Positions 7,971 to 18,675 of a stretch of DNA of 24,000 nucleotides are shown here, piece by piece. The DNA lies in NCBI GenBank assembly GCA_963830155.1, contig CAWHLE010000024.1, positions 179,602 to 203,601 of the forward strand, in the 5' to 3' direction. The DNA is from an uncultured delta proteobacterium. GTDB taxonomy: Bacteria; Desulfobacterota; DSM-4660; Desulfatiglandales; Desulfatiglandaceae. A program made the position numbers and the translations under genes. The notes below the pieces were generated by a model, which searched no databases, was not told where the DNA came from, and was given only the letters and a program-made list of their open reading frames with translations. Within the stretch, counting starts at the first letter, position 1; each line of letters opens with the position of its first letter.

Positions 7971-9299
7971 ATGATTTCTGATCTGAGCAGAATGGTTGAC
8001 CAAGTGAGTCGTGAAAAGGGCGTGGACCGCGAAGTGCTCCTCCGAGCCTTGGAGGAGGCCGTAAAGGCGGCTGCGAAAAAGAGATTTGGTCACGATACCG
8101 AGATAGAAGTCGCTTACAACGAGGCGATTGGGGAGATCGAGGTCTTTGAGTTCAAGGAGGTGGTCGAGACGGTCAGAAATCCAGAGCTTGAGGTCTCAAT
8201 GGATGAAGCAAAGAAGCTCGATCCGGAATCCGAGATCGGAGACAGCCTTGGCATGAAGATGGATACCGATAAGCTCGGGCGGATCGCCGCCCAGTCCGCA
8301 AAACAGGTGATCATGCAGAGGCTCAAGGAGGCGGAACGTGACGTTGTGTATGACGACTTCAAGGACAGGCGGGGCGAAATTATCAATGGGATCGTGCAGC
8401 GGTTTGACAAGGGCGCTATTATCGCGAACCTGGGCCGTACGGAGGCCGAGCTGCCTGCCAAGGAGCAGATTCCCAAGGAAGCATACAAGCAGGGCGATCG
8501 GATCAGGGCCTATATCCTGGAAGTGAGGCAATTCAGCCGTGGGCCTCAGATTATCCTATCGAGAACGCACCCCAATTTTCTGTCGGCTCTGTTCGAAACC
8601 GAGGTTCCCGAGATCTCTGAGGGTATCGTCAAAGTCATGCAAGTGGCCCGTGAACCCGGCAGCAGGGCCAAGATCGCCGTGGCGTCCCGGGACACGGATG
8701 TGGACCCCGTGGGCGCCTGCGTTGGTATGAAGGGGAGCAGGGTCCAGGCGGTGGTGCAGGAGCTGCGAGGTGAAAAGATCGATATTATCCCCTGGGATCC
8801 GGATCCGGCCAAATTCATCTGCAGTGCCCTGGCCCCGGCTGAAATCATCCGCGTGGTCGTGGATGAGACCAACCACTCCATGGAAGTCGTTGTTCCGGAT
8901 GACCAGTTGTCGCTGGCCATCGGGAGAAAGGGGCAGAACGTGAGGCTGGGCTCAAGACTTACCGGATGGAGTCTGGATGTGGTGAATGAGACCAATTACA
9001 ATCTGGCCTTACGGGAAGGACTCAAGTCCCTGATCGGTCTCGATGGCGTCAACGAGAAGCTTGCCTCGTTCCTCTATGAGGAAGGGTTCGGGTCCGCAGC
9101 GGATCTGAGCAAGGCGACCGTGGCCGACCTGATGGACATAGAAGGCATGACGGAAGATACGGCCGCTCAGCTGATCCAAAAGGCAGCGGAGTCTTTAACC
9201 TCACAACATGCCGAAGACGTTGCCCCCACGGGGGATTCATTGAACGAAGAGGTCAAGTCGGACGTCGAGGCGGGCCATGGGGAGGAAGAGAGGACATAA
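7971..9299 (+). CDS. nusA: Transcription termination/antitermination factor NusA
   Basis: NusA N-domain, S1 region, KH motifs (VDPVGACVGMKGSRVQAVVQELRGEKIDIIPWDPDPAKFI; LAIGRKGQNVRLGSRLTGW) and HhH-like C-terminus. Confidence 0.97.
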   Translation: MISDLSRMVDQVSREKGVDREVLLRALEEAVKAAAKKRFGHDTEIEVAYNEAIGEIEVFEFKEVVETVRNPELEVSMDEAKKLDPESEIGDSLGMKMDTDKLGRIAAQSAKQVIMQRLKEAERDVVYDDFKDRRGEIINGIVQRFDKGAIIANLGRTEAELPAKEQIPKEAYKQGDRIRAYILEVRQFSRGPQIILSRTHPNFLSALFETEVPEISEGIVKVMQVAREPGSRAKIAVASRDTDVDPVGACVGMKGSRVQAVVQELRGEKIDIIPWDPDPAKFICSALAPAEIIRVVVDETNHSMEVVVPDDQLSLAIGRKGQNVRLGSRLTGWSLDVVNETNYNLALREGLKSLIGLDGVNEKLASFLYEEGFGSAADLSKATVADLMDIEGMTEDTAAQLIQKAAESLTSQHAEDVAPTGDSLNEEVKSDVEAGHGEEERT

Positions 9300-9555
9300 G
9301 CCCATCCGGACCTGTGTCGGATGCGGGGTGAAGGTTTCCAAAGAGCAGTTGACCCGCTTGGTCTTGGGCCATGGCGACCTGATTGAGGTGGATCCCTTCC
9401 GTACTTCACCCGGAAGGGGCGGTTATGTTTGTTTCGATGCATCCTGCAGGGCCGGGCTGGCCGCAAACCGTCGACTTGGCAGGGCTTTGAGATTGGAGGG
9501 TCCGATGCGCTTCAGCCCCTGTTTCGGGGAGGAGCTGGCGCGTCTCATCTTTTGA
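9277..9555 (+). CDS. ylxR: YlxR family (DUF448) RNA-binding protein
   Basis: PIRTCVGCGVKVSKEQLTRLV...DPFRTSPGRGGYVCFDASC; overlaps the nusA 3' end and precedes infB. Confidence 0.92.
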   Translation: MGRKRGHKPIRTCVGCGVKVSKEQLTRLVLGHGDLIEVDPFRTSPGRGGYVCFDASCRAGLAANRRLGRALRLEGPMRFSPCFGEELARLIF

Positions 9556-9600
9556 ATGATTGGAAGAACCGACGACATCTGACGGATTTCGGGGGACTCT

Positions 9601-12259
9601 ATGGCGAAGGTTAGGGTTTATGAACTTGCGAGAGATCTCAATATGGACAGCCGAGAGTTGGTCGACAAACTGACGGCGGCGGGCCTGGGCATCAAAAACT
9701 ACATGAGCACGCTCGATGATGCGCTCTTGGAGAAGGCCAGGGAGATTGCGGTGGGCCGAGTATCGGAGGTCGTCGAGGAAAAGAGGATAAAGCCCACGGT
9801 CATCCGCAGAAGGAAGGTGCAGGTCGTTGTCCAGCCAGAGGCCGCAGAGGCGCCCGAAGCCCCTGAAGAAGCGCCATCCCCGAAGAAGCGCCATCCCCCG
9901 AAGAAGAGCGAGCCGAGGCTGGTGGCGGAATCTCCGGAGGCGGAGGTGAAAGAGGAAGTGGAAGTCGTGGCGGAAGCGGTCGTTCCCGAAGAAATCGTCC
10001 CTCCCGTTGAGCGCGAAGTGGTCGAGGAAACGGTGAAAGGACCGGAGGATGTGGGGGAATCGGTTCTTCCGGAGGGTGAGGACGCTCAGCCTGCTGGCGG
10101 AGGTCCGGGTGAAGCCCAAGAAGGGCAAAAAGAGACGAATGGATCAGCCCGCCCGGATCATCAAGCTCCCAGAGGTGGAGATGGAGGAGGTGGCTCCGAC
10201 CGTTAAGGCGGGAGAGGAGGCGCCGGTCGTACCCTCGATCGCTGTTGCCGGGCCTCAAGGGGCGGCGGTTGAGGAGGCAGAGGGGGAGTCCCAGAAGGCC
10301 AAGTTCCCCAAGACGAAAAAAGATAAGAGACGTGTGGAAATTGAGGCCCCGGCACCCAAGGGGGCCGTGCGCTACAGGAAGAAGGAGATATTCGAACGGG
10401 CGGAACTCTATGAAGGCCGAGTGGTAAAGCGCAAGGAAAGGAAGGGCGGGAAGGGCAAGGAGACCGTCCGAAGGCTCAGGCAGCCGGAGATCACGGTTCC
10501 AAGGGCCATCAAGAGAAGGATAAAGATGCAGGATTCCGTCACCGTTTCCGAGCTGGCCAAGGCCATGGGACTGAAAGGGGCCGAGCTTCTGGGCGCGTTG
10601 TTGAGGCAAGGGGTGGTGGTCCACATCAATCAAGCGATCGATTTCGAAACAGCCTCCCTTGCGGCGGAGGAATTCGGCTACGAACTGGAGCTTGACACGT
10701 TCCAGGAGGAGACGCTCCTGGCTGAATCCGAGGACCGATCCGAGGATTTGATCCCTCGGCCGCCCGTCGTGACGATCATGGGACACGTGGACCACGGGAA
10801 GACTTCATTGCTGGATTATATTCGACATTCAAACATCGCGGCGGGCGAGTCGGGGGGCATCACGCAGCACATCGGGGCCTACTATGTGGAGACCGAGGGC
10901 GGGGATATCGTCTTTTTGGACACCCCGGGCCATGAGGCCTTCACCGCCATGCGGGCGAGAGGCGCAAAGGTGACGGACCTGATTGTTCTCGTTGTGGCCG
11001 CGGACGACGGTGTCATGCCCCAGACGAAGGAGGCCGTCAATCACGCCCGTGCAGCGAGCATTCCCATCGTCGTCGCCATCAACAAGATCGACAAAGCCGA
11101 CGCAAACCCCGACCGGGTCAAGCGTGAACTGGCCGAGCTGGGCCTCTCGCCCGAAGAGTGGGGTGGCGAGACCATCTTCGGGAACATCTCCGCCAAGACC
11201 GGAGAGGGGATCGATGATCTGCTGGGGCTGATCCTGCTTCAGTCCGAGATGTTAGAGCTGAAAGGAAACGCCAACAAGGCAGCCCGCGGATCCGTGATCG
11301 AGGCAAAGCTCGACAAGACCCGGGGGCCTCTGGCGACGGTGTTGATCAAGAACGGAACGCTGAAGCCGGGAGACTATTTCATCTGTGGGCACCATTCGGG
11401 CAAGGTGCGCGCCATGATGAACCATCGTGGGAAAAGGCTTAAATCGGCAGGTCCTTCCGTCCCGGTTGAGATTTATGGCATTTCCGGGGTCCCCATGGCC
11501 GGTGACGAATTCATCGTCGTGGGAGACGAAAGGGCGGCCAGGCAGGTGATCGAGCACCGCAAGGAGATGATCAAGAAACAGGAGGTTTCAAAGAAGGGGA
11601 TCGTCAGCCTGGATGACCTCTTCAAGAGAATCAAAGACGGCGAGGTCAAGGAACTGAACATCGTCGTCAAGGCCGACGTTCAGGGATCTATGGAGGCCCT
11701 TTCGGATTCGCTGGCCAAGTTGAGCACCGACGAAGTAAAGGTGAGAATGATTCACGCGGCCACGGGGGCCATCACGGAATCCGACGTCATGCTTGCATCG
11801 GCCTCGGGTGCCATCATCATCGGGTTCAATGTCCGGGCCAACCCGCGCGTGGCCGAAATCGCGGAGAAGGAGAAGGTGGATATCCGCTACTACGATGTGA
11901 TCTACAATGTCATCAAGGATATCCGAAACGCCATGGTGGGACTCCTGGAGCCCACTTACAAAGAACGCGTTATTGGCAGGGCCGATATCAAGGAGGTCTT
12001 TCACGTTCCAAAGGTGGGGGCGGTGGCCGGCTCTTACGTCACCGACGGACACCTGGAACGCAACGCCAATGTGAGGGTCCTGCGTGACGATGTGGTGGTC
12101 TTCACCGGCAAGATAGGGTCACTCAGACGATTCAAGGAAGATGTGAAGGAGGTGGCCACCGGATACGAATGCGGCATAGGGATTGAGAACTACCAGGACC
12201 TGAAACCTGGTGACGTCCTGGAGGTGTTCCAGTTCGATCAGGTGGCCGCGGAGCTCTAA
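9601..12259 (+). CDS. infB: Translation initiation factor IF-2, apparent +1 frame change in the N-terminal linker (frame of 9601..10206 joined to frame of 10049..12259)
   Basis: IF2 N-terminal motif [24 protein letters not shown] in one frame; linker and G domain ([52 protein letters not shown]) in the +1 frame. Confidence 0.9.
9865..9898 (+). repeat. 17-bp perfect tandem repeat in the infB linker, followed by a partial third unit
   Basis: GAAGAAGCGCCATCCCC at 9865-9881 and 9882-9898, then C, then GAAGAAG. Confidence 0.85.
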
Positions 12260-12261
12260 CC

Positions 12262-12549
12262 ATGGTGGTGGGCACGTTGAGGGTGGCGTTTCTCCTGGTT
12301 GACAATCAATCGCTGAAGGGCAAGCGTAAGGTCGTCCGAAGCATGGTCGACAGGGTCAAGTCGCGTTTCAATGCAGCCGTCGCGGAGGTCGGCTCAAACG
12401 ACAAGTGGCAGATGATCGAGCTGGGGATCGCCACAGTGGGAAACGACAGACAGCATATGGATTCCTCCCTCAACCATATCCTCTCTTTTCTCGACTCAAC
12501 GGGTCTCGCGCAGTTGGTCGATTCGGAGATGGAGATCCTGAATGTCTGA
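12262..12549 (+). CDS. ylxP: YlxP-like DUF503 family protein
   Basis: VGTLRVAFLLVDNQSLKGKRKVVRSMVDRVKSRFNAAVAEVGSNDKWQ; located between infB and rbfA. Confidence 0.88.
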   Translation: MVVGTLRVAFLLVDNQSLKGKRKVVRSMVDRVKSRFNAAVAEVGSNDKWQMIELGIATVGNDRQHMDSSLNHILSFLDSTGLAQLVDSEMEILNV

Positions 12550-12568
12550 TCAACACTAGGTGGTGGCC

Positions 12569-12988
12569 ATGGCGACAGGGAATCGAGCACAGCGGGTCGG
12601 CGATCAGATCCTTAAGGTCATCGCGCCTTTTCTCCTCCAGAAGGTGAAAGACCCAAGGGTTGAGGGGGTGACGCTGACCGGAGTGCGTTTGAGCAAAGAC
12701 CTCAAGGTGGCAAAGGTCTATTTCAGCGTCTTGGGAGAAGATAAAAACATAAGAAATGCCGCGGACGGACTTGAAAGCGCCAAGGGGTTTATCAAACGGG
12801 AGCTCGGGTCAAGGCTTGATCTGAGGGTCATGCCGGATATCCAGTTTCTGCACGACGAATCGTTTGCAAGGGCGTTGCGCATCGAAAGGCTCCTGGAGGA
12901 TCTTCGAAGGACCTCCCTGCATGGCAATGGATCTCTTGGAGAGAGGTTCGAAATCAAAGAGAAGGACAACTCGGAGGACATTGACTAA
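12569..12988 (+). CDS. rbfA: Ribosome-binding factor A
   Basis: RAQRVGDQILKVIAPFLLQKVKDPRVEGVTLTGVRLSKDLKVAKVYFSVLG; ATG at 12569 preferred over GTG 12560. Confidence 0.93.
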   Translation: MATGNRAQRVGDQILKVIAPFLLQKVKDPRVEGVTLTGVRLSKDLKVAKVYFSVLGEDKNIRNAADGLESAKGFIKRELGSRLDLRVMPDIQFLHDESFARALRIERLLEDLRRTSLHGNGSLGERFEIKEKDNSEDID

Positions 12989-14030
12989 GCCATATTTTGA
13001 GCAAGAGGACGTCAGGTTTGCCGCTGTATCGCCTGCCTGTGAAAAGGATGCTCGTGTTCCTGCCCTCGGTGAGGTGGCCCGTACCCTGATTCAGGGTGGA
13101 CGGTTCGTGATTGTGACCCACATGGACCCGGACGGCGACGGCATCGGGTCCATGCTGGCTTTGGGCGAGGTGCTCAAAGGCGCAGGAAAAGAGGCCGTTC
13201 TCCTCACAGCGGAACCGGTGGGATTGCCCTACAGTCTTCTGCACGGAGCTGAGAAGATCGTCCAGCACCTCCAAACGGAACCACCGTTTGATGCGGCCTT
13301 GGTGCTGGATTGCGGGGAACTGTCGAGACTGGATGGCCTCAAGGGGTCGGTTCGGCGCATCCGTCCTCTGATCAATATTGATCATCATGAAACCAATGAT
13401 CGCTTCGGGGATTTGAATCTGGTGGACGGGCGAAGCTCCTCAACAGGGGAGCTGGTCTACAAAGTGATTCGCGAGGCCGGTTTCTCGATAAGCCGGGCGG
13501 CGGCCGAGAACCTCTTCGTCGCCATCATGACCGACACAGGCTCTTTTACCTACAATAATACCTCGGGAACCGCCCTGGCCATTGCCGCTCAGCTGGTCGA
13601 TCAAGGGGTGAACCCCTGGGAGATCTCAAAGAGGATTTCTCATGGATACTCCGCATCCCGATTGAGGTTGCTGGAGATGGCGCTCGGGACCCTGGAATAT
13701 CACCATGACGGCGAACTGGCCCTCATGACCATCACGACCGAGATGTTCGTTGAGGCAGGCTCGGATCGCACGGATTGTGAACGGTTTGTGGAATACCCAC
13801 GACATGTGAAGGGTGTGGAGATCGCGGCCCTGGTCCGGCAGACAAACCACAACGATTTTAGGGCGAGCCTGAGGTCCAATCGTTGGGTTAATGTGGCGCG
13901 CCTTGCCGGCCGTTTTGGTGGCGGGGGACACCCCATGGCCGCGGGATTCGAGTCAAAGGGCCCCTTGGAGGCCGTGAAGACCAAGTTGATCACTGAGGCA
14001 GCCCGCGCGTTGAACCATGAGCGCATCTGA
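12981..14030 (+). CDS. nrnA: DHH/DHHA1 family phosphoesterase (NrnA-like oligoribonuclease / pAp phosphatase)
   Basis: VIVTHMDPDGDGIGSMLAL, LVLDCGELSRL, NIDHHETNDRFGDLNLVD, C-terminal GGGHPMAAGF. TTG start at 12981 is preceded by GGAGG at 12973-12977. Confidence 0.88.
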   Translation: MTKPYFEQEDVRFAAVSPACEKDARVPALGEVARTLIQGGRFVIVTHMDPDGDGIGSMLALGEVLKGAGKEAVLLTAEPVGLPYSLLHGAEKIVQHLQTEPPFDAALVLDCGELSRLDGLKGSVRRIRPLINIDHHETNDRFGDLNLVDGRSSSTGELVYKVIREAGFSISRAAAENLFVAIMTDTGSFTYNNTSGTALAIAAQLVDQGVNPWEISKRISHGYSASRLRLLEMALGTLEYHHDGELALMTITTEMFVEAGSDRTDCERFVEYPRHVKGVEIAALVRQTNHNDFRASLRSNRWVNVARLAGRFGGGGHPMAAGFESKGPLEAVKTKLITEAARALNHERI

Positions 14031-14949
14031 CGGCATACTGTTGGTCGATAAGCGCGAAGGGGAGACCTCCTATGATGTGATCCGAAGGCTGAAATCGGCC
14101 CTCGGCAGGGGCAATACGATTAAGATTGGCCATGCAGGAACACTGGACCCCTTCGCAACCGGCCTCCTGATTGTTCTTTTGGGACAGGGGACCAAATTGT
14201 CGCGCTTTTTAATGTCCGGTGAGAAGTACTATTTGGCTACGGTCAGGCTTGGGATCGAGACGGACACCCTGGATAGGACAGGAGAGGTCACGAGAATCAG
14301 CGAGGTCCCGGAGCTGGGGGCGCTTTCGATCAAGGAGGCGATACGGACATTTGTCGGGGAGATCGAGCAGGTCCCACCGCTCTTTTCAGCCGTGAAGGTG
14401 GGCGGCAAACGGGCATACCAACTGGCCCGCCGGGGAGAATCGATCAAGCTGGCGAGGAGAAAAGTGACCGTGCACGCCCTCGAGGTCAAGTCCATTCGTC
14501 TCCCCGATCTGACCATCGAAGTGGTCTGCTCCAGCGGGACCTATATCAGGAGCCTGGCGATGGATCTAGGGAAGGCCCTTGGGACGGGCGGTCATCTTAA
14601 ATCCCTGAGAAGACTTACGAGCGGTCCTTTCAGCGTGGACGACGGGGTGAGCTCCGGGGTCATCACCCGGCCGTGGGTGGAAGCGGCGCTCCAAGAGCGG
14701 CTGATGCCGCTTCGCGACGCCCTGCCGAACCTGATGGAGGTTTATGTAGGTGAAGGAATGGCCAGAAAGGTCAGGCAAGGGCAAAGCCTCCTTGCGGATG
14801 AGCTTCACCAGGGGGCTGGTCCCACAACATGCCCTCCCGGCTTTTTCAAGCTGGTTTATGACGGCGAGCTGGTCGCCATCGCCAGGCTGGAGGATCATCC
14901 AACCACGAACGACCGCTGTCAGGTCACCATAGAGAGGGTGTTTGTTTGA
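14017..14949 (+). CDS. truB: tRNA pseudouridine(55) synthase TruB
   Basis: [76 protein letters not shown]. Confidence 0.96.
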   Translation: MSASDGILLVDKREGETSYDVIRRLKSALGRGNTIKIGHAGTLDPFATGLLIVLLGQGTKLSRFLMSGEKYYLATVRLGIETDTLDRTGEVTRISEVPELGALSIKEAIRTFVGEIEQVPPLFSAVKVGGKRAYQLARRGESIKLARRKVTVHALEVKSIRLPDLTIEVVCSSGTYIRSLAMDLGKALGTGGHLKSLRRLTSGPFSVDDGVSSGVITRPWVEAALQERLMPLRDALPNLMEVYVGEGMARKVRQGQSLLADELHQGAGPTTCPPGFFKLVYDGELVAIARLEDHPTTNDRCQVTIERVFV

Positions 14950-14989
14950 GCGAAGCGTATCCATATCCATATTTCGAGGAGGTGTGAAA

Positions 14990-15259
14990 GTGGTTCTAAA
15001 TGCTGAGACAAAAAAAGAGGTTATCGATCGATTCAAACTTCATGAAAAAGACACAGGGTCTTCCGAAGTGCAGATTGCCCTGTTGAGCAACCGGATCCTG
15101 TACCTGACCGATCATTTTAAGATTCACAAGAAAGATCACCACTCGCGGCGGGGCCTCTTGAAACTGGTGGGCCAAAGAAGAAGGCTCCTCAATTATCTCA
15201 AGAAAACAGATGCGGAGCGGTATCGAAAAGTCATCAAGGAGCTCGGTATCCGGAAATAG
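14990..15259 (+). CDS. rpsO: 30S ribosomal protein S15 (GTG start)
   Basis: 89 aa, [72 protein letters not shown]; SD GAGGAGGTG at 14977-14985. Confidence 0.96.
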   Translation: MVLNAETKKEVIDRFKLHEKDTGSSEVQIALLSNRILYLTDHFKIHKKDHHSRRGLLKLVGQRRRLLNYLKKTDAERYRKVIKELGIRK

Positions 15260-15319
15260 GCGGCCCGGACGGTTTATGAGAAACAAACGTCATATCAAAG
15301 TGAAAGGATGTGTGGGACG

Positions 15320-17419
15320 ATGATCAAGAGCTGTTCAGCCGAAATAAACGGGCAGACGCTGCACCTCGAGGCGGGGCGAATTGCAAGACAGGCGAGTGGG
15401 TCCGCTGTGGTGACGCTGGGTGAGACGGTTGTGCTTGTCACGGCTGTCGCATCCGATAACATCCGAGAAGGGGTCGATTTCCTCCCTTTGACCGTGGAAT
15501 ACCAGGAGATGTCCTATGCGGGCGGTCGGATCCCCGGCAATTTTTTCAGGAGAGACATGGGGAGACCCGGCGAGAGGGAGACCCTGGTCTCGCGGCTGAT
15601 CGATCGGCCCCTGAGGCCCCTTTTTCCGGATAACTACTATTACGAGACGCAGGTCATCGCCACTGTTCTCTCCGTGGACAGAGAGAACGAGGCAGATGTG
15701 TTGGCGATGCTGGGTGCCTCAGCGGCCCTGGAGCTATCCGACATCCCCTTCAAAGGGCCCATTGCCGGCGTACGGGTCGGCAGGGTCGACGGGCGTTTTG
15801 TAGCCAACCCCACGCTCACCCAGCAGCAGGAAAGCGACATCAGCCTCATCGTTGCAGGTCACCGCACGGGCGTGATGATGGTCGAAGGGGGCGGGCAGTT
15901 CGTGTCGGAATCAGACATGATCGAGGCCATTTTCTTTGGTCACAAGGCGCTCCAGCCCCTGCTGGAAATCCAGGAAACCCTTCGTAATGCATTGGGGAAA
16001 TCCAAGAAATCCCTTCCCCCGAAAGAGGAAAACGCCGGATTCAAAGTAAAGGTTCAGGAGATCGCCAAGCCCCTTTTGAGCGAGGTGATCACCACCGCGG
16101 ACAAGCAACTGAGAAATCAGCGCAGGCAAGACGCCCTGAAGCGGACCCAGGAGCAGTTGGGGGATGCGGACAAGGAACAGATCTCCGGGATCAGGGAGAT
16201 CCTGGATGAGCTGGAGAAGACCTTGGTCCGGAGGATGATCCTGGAAGATGGCCGGAGAATTGACGGCCGGGGATTCGCCGAGGTGAGGCCCATCGAATGT
16301 CTGGTGGGGTTCCTGCCCCGTGTCCACGGCTCCGCCCTCTTTACCCGGGGCGAGACACAGGCCATGGTTCTGACAACGCTTGGAACCGAGATGGACGAGC
16401 AGAGAATCGAATCAGTCTACGGGGATGAATTCAGGTCCTTCATCCTCCACTACAACTTCCCCCCTTACAGCGTTGGGGAGGTCAAGCGGTTGGGCGGTCC
16501 CGGGCGAAGGGAAATCGGCCATGGTGCCTTGGCACGAAGGGCGCTGCTGCCCGTCATTCCTCCCAAAGCCGATTTCACGTACTGTGTGAGGATTGTCTCG
16601 GAGATCCTTGAGTCCAACGGGTCATCGTCCATGGCATCGGTATGCGGGAGTTCGCTTTCGCTCATGGATGCGGGGGTCCCCATCCGGGACGCCGTGGCCG
16701 GGGTGGCCATGGGGCTGGTGTCGGACGGGGAAAAGGTCGCTGTGCTCACGGATATCATCGGCGATGAGGATCACTTTGGGGACATGGACTTCAAGGTGGC
16801 AGGCACAAAGGATGGGGTCACCGCGATCCAGATGGACATCAAGATCGAAGGGCTTACGAGAGAGGTCATGGAGCGGGCCCTGGGACAGGCCAAGGAGGCG
16901 AGGCTGCACATCCTGGGCGAGATGGAGAAGGCCATAACGAACCCGAGAGGCCATGTCTCGGAGTACGCCCCCATCATCACCATCCTCCAGATCAGGCCGG
17001 AGAAGATCAAACTCGTGATCGGTTCGGGCGGGAAGACCATTCGGGAGATCACCAGCAAGTCGGGTGCCAAGATCGACGTGGATGACACGGGCAAGGTGGT
17101 CGTTGCGGCGGTTGACAAGGAGAGCGCAAAAGTTGCCATAGACATGATCAACGGTGTGGTCCAAGAGGCTGAGGTCGGGAAGCTCTATATGGGGAAAGTG
17201 GTCAAAATCATGGACTTCGGGGCCTTTGTCGAGATTTTCCCGGGCACCGACGGTCTCATCCACATCTCACAGCTCGACAAGACCAGGGTCAACAAGGTGA
17301 CCGATATCCTCCAGGAAGGCGATGAGGTCTTGGTGAAAGTCCTGGAGGTGGATGAAAGCGGCCGGATCCGGCTTTCCCGAAAAGCGGCCCTGGGTGAGAG
17401 TATGGACGATGTATCGTAA
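15320..17419 (+). CDS. pnp: Polyribonucleotide nucleotidyltransferase (PNPase)
   Basis: Two RNase PH-like domains (EYQEMSYAGGRIPGNFFRRDMGRPGERETLVSRLIDRPLRPLFP; SNGSSSMASVCGSSLSLMDAGVP), KH (KIKLVIGSGGKTIREI) and S1 (YMGKVVKIMDFGAFVEIFPGTDGLIHISQL). Start could be 15308. Confidence 0.97.
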   Translation: MIKSCSAEINGQTLHLEAGRIARQASGSAVVTLGETVVLVTAVASDNIREGVDFLPLTVEYQEMSYAGGRIPGNFFRRDMGRPGERETLVSRLIDRPLRPLFPDNYYYETQVIATVLSVDRENEADVLAMLGASAALELSDIPFKGPIAGVRVGRVDGRFVANPTLTQQQESDISLIVAGHRTGVMMVEGGGQFVSESDMIEAIFFGHKALQPLLEIQETLRNALGKSKKSLPPKEENAGFKVKVQEIAKPLLSEVITTADKQLRNQRRQDALKRTQEQLGDADKEQISGIREILDELEKTLVRRMILEDGRRIDGRGFAEVRPIECLVGFLPRVHGSALFTRGETQAMVLTTLGTEMDEQRIESVYGDEFRSFILHYNFPPYSVGEVKRLGGPGRREIGHGALARRALLPVIPPKADFTYCVRIVSEILESNGSSSMASVCGSSLSLMDAGVPIRDAVAGVAMGLVSDGEKVAVLTDIIGDEDHFGDMDFKVAGTKDGVTAIQMDIKIEGLTREVMERALGQAKEARLHILGEMEKAITNPRGHVSEYAPIITILQIRPEKIKLVIGSGGKTIREITSKSGAKIDVDDTGKVVVAAVDKESAKVAIDMINGVVQEAEVGKLYMGKVVKIMDFGAFVEIFPGTDGLIHISQLDKTRVNKVTDILQEGDEVLVKVLEVDESGRIRLSRKAALGESMDDVS

Positions 17420-18668
17420 AACGACGCTAGAAAACGGTGTCAGGATCATATCGGAAAAGGTGGACTTCCTCCGATCCGTCTCCCTGGGGCTATGGGTGAA
17501 CACCGGATCCCGGGATGAAGATGCACGGAAAAATGGCATCACCCACTTCATCGAGCACATGATCTTCAAGGGGACCCGCAAACGGACGGGACCGCAAATC
17601 GCCAAGGAACTGGACGCCGTCGGCGGCCTTTCGAACGGATTTACCGGTAAGGAAAACACCTGTTTTCATGCAAGGGTGCTGGGCAAGCACTTCGCCACCC
17701 TTTCGGACATCCTGGGAGACATCTTCCTCCATTCCCTCTTTGACCCGGGGGACATGGAGCTTGAGCGACAGGTCATCCTCCAGGAGATCAGCATGGTGGA
17801 AGACACACCCGACGAAAATATCCATGAGCTCTTCAGCAACATGTTCTGGATGGACCACCCCATCGGTCTGCCTATCCTGGGGACGGGGAACACGGTTTCG
17901 GCCATCGCGCAGGCCGATATCCTGAGCCACATGAAGCAATTTCGCTCCCCTGACAAGATCCTGGTGGCTGCCGCCGGAAACGTGGATCATGAAAGCCTTG
18001 TCAGGATGTTCAGGGAACTGTTCGAATCCATTGAGAAAGGAGGCCCAGATCCGCGGGCAACCGTCTCCCCCCGTGCCAAGGGCGGTGTCGCCACCCACTA
18101 CAAAGATCTTGAGCAGGTTCACGTCTGCCTCGGGGGGGATGGTCCCCCGCTCAACAGTGAAAAACGCTTCCCCTGCGCCATCTTGAATACCATCCTGGGG
18201 GGCAACATGAGTTCCCGCCTCTTTCAGGAGATCCGTGAGAAACGCGGTTTGGCCTACTCGGTCTACTCTTTTGTCTCTTCATATAGGGACACGGGGGTCT
18301 TCGGCGTGTATCTGGCCACCGAGCGCCAGAACGTGAATCCATCCCTTAAGACCATCCAGGCTGAGGTCAAGCGAATCCTCGCGGGTGACATCGCTCCGGC
18401 TGACCTTGATGCGGCCAAGGAGCATCTGGTCGGCGGCATCTATCTCAGTTCGGAGAGTGCGGACAGCCGCATGATGCGTATCGCAAAGAACGAGCTCGTT
18501 TTCGAGAGATATGTGAGCTTTGAAGAACTGGCGGAGCGTCTGGAGAAGGTGACCACGGATGACGTGGTGGGGGTCACGCACGAGATTTTTCGTGACGGCC
18601 GGATCTCGCTGACGACGCTTGGCCCCTTCACCAACGATGAAGTGGATGCTGGTTGCCTGGAATTCTGA
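17409..18668 (+). CDS. M16 family zinc metallopeptidase (processing-peptidase-like)
   Basis: HFIEHMIFKGTRKRT (HxxEH zinc motif), ENTCFHARVL, RGLAYSVYSF; ATG 17409 overlaps the pnp stop. Confidence 0.94.
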   Translation: MYRKTTLENGVRIISEKVDFLRSVSLGLWVNTGSRDEDARKNGITHFIEHMIFKGTRKRTGPQIAKELDAVGGLSNGFTGKENTCFHARVLGKHFATLSDILGDIFLHSLFDPGDMELERQVILQEISMVEDTPDENIHELFSNMFWMDHPIGLPILGTGNTVSAIAQADILSHMKQFRSPDKILVAAAGNVDHESLVRMFRELFESIEKGGPDPRATVSPRAKGGVATHYKDLEQVHVCLGGDGPPLNSEKRFPCAILNTILGGNMSSRLFQEIREKRGLAYSVYSFVSSYRDTGVFGVYLATERQNVNPSLKTIQAEVKRILAGDIAPADLDAAKEHLVGGIYLSSESADSRMMRIAKNELVFERYVSFEELAERLEKVTTDDVVGVTHEIFRDGRISLTTLGPFTNDEVDAGCLEF

Positions 18669-18675
18669 GACAAGA

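Noticed and set aside
9406-10795. Long minus-strand ORFs (240 aa, 331 aa) opposite infB
   Set aside because: Antisense shadow of GC-rich infB linker; compositionally biased (Arg/Pro/Leu/His) and no recognisable domain; the + strand has clear IF2 motifs.
12864-12980. Upstream extension of the DHH protein ORF (MQGRCASKGSWRIFEGPP...)
   Set aside because: Overlaps the rbfA 3' end in another frame; TTG 12981 with GGAGG SD fits better.
14942-14989. Upstream extension of rpsO ([16 protein letters not shown])
   Set aside because: S15 begins at GTG 14990 behind a near-perfect SD; extension is not typical of S15.
15260-15319. Possible RNase III-type or terminator hairpin between rpsO and pnp, as known in E. 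coli
   Set aside because: The short spacer shows no convincing stem-loop or T-tract by eye.
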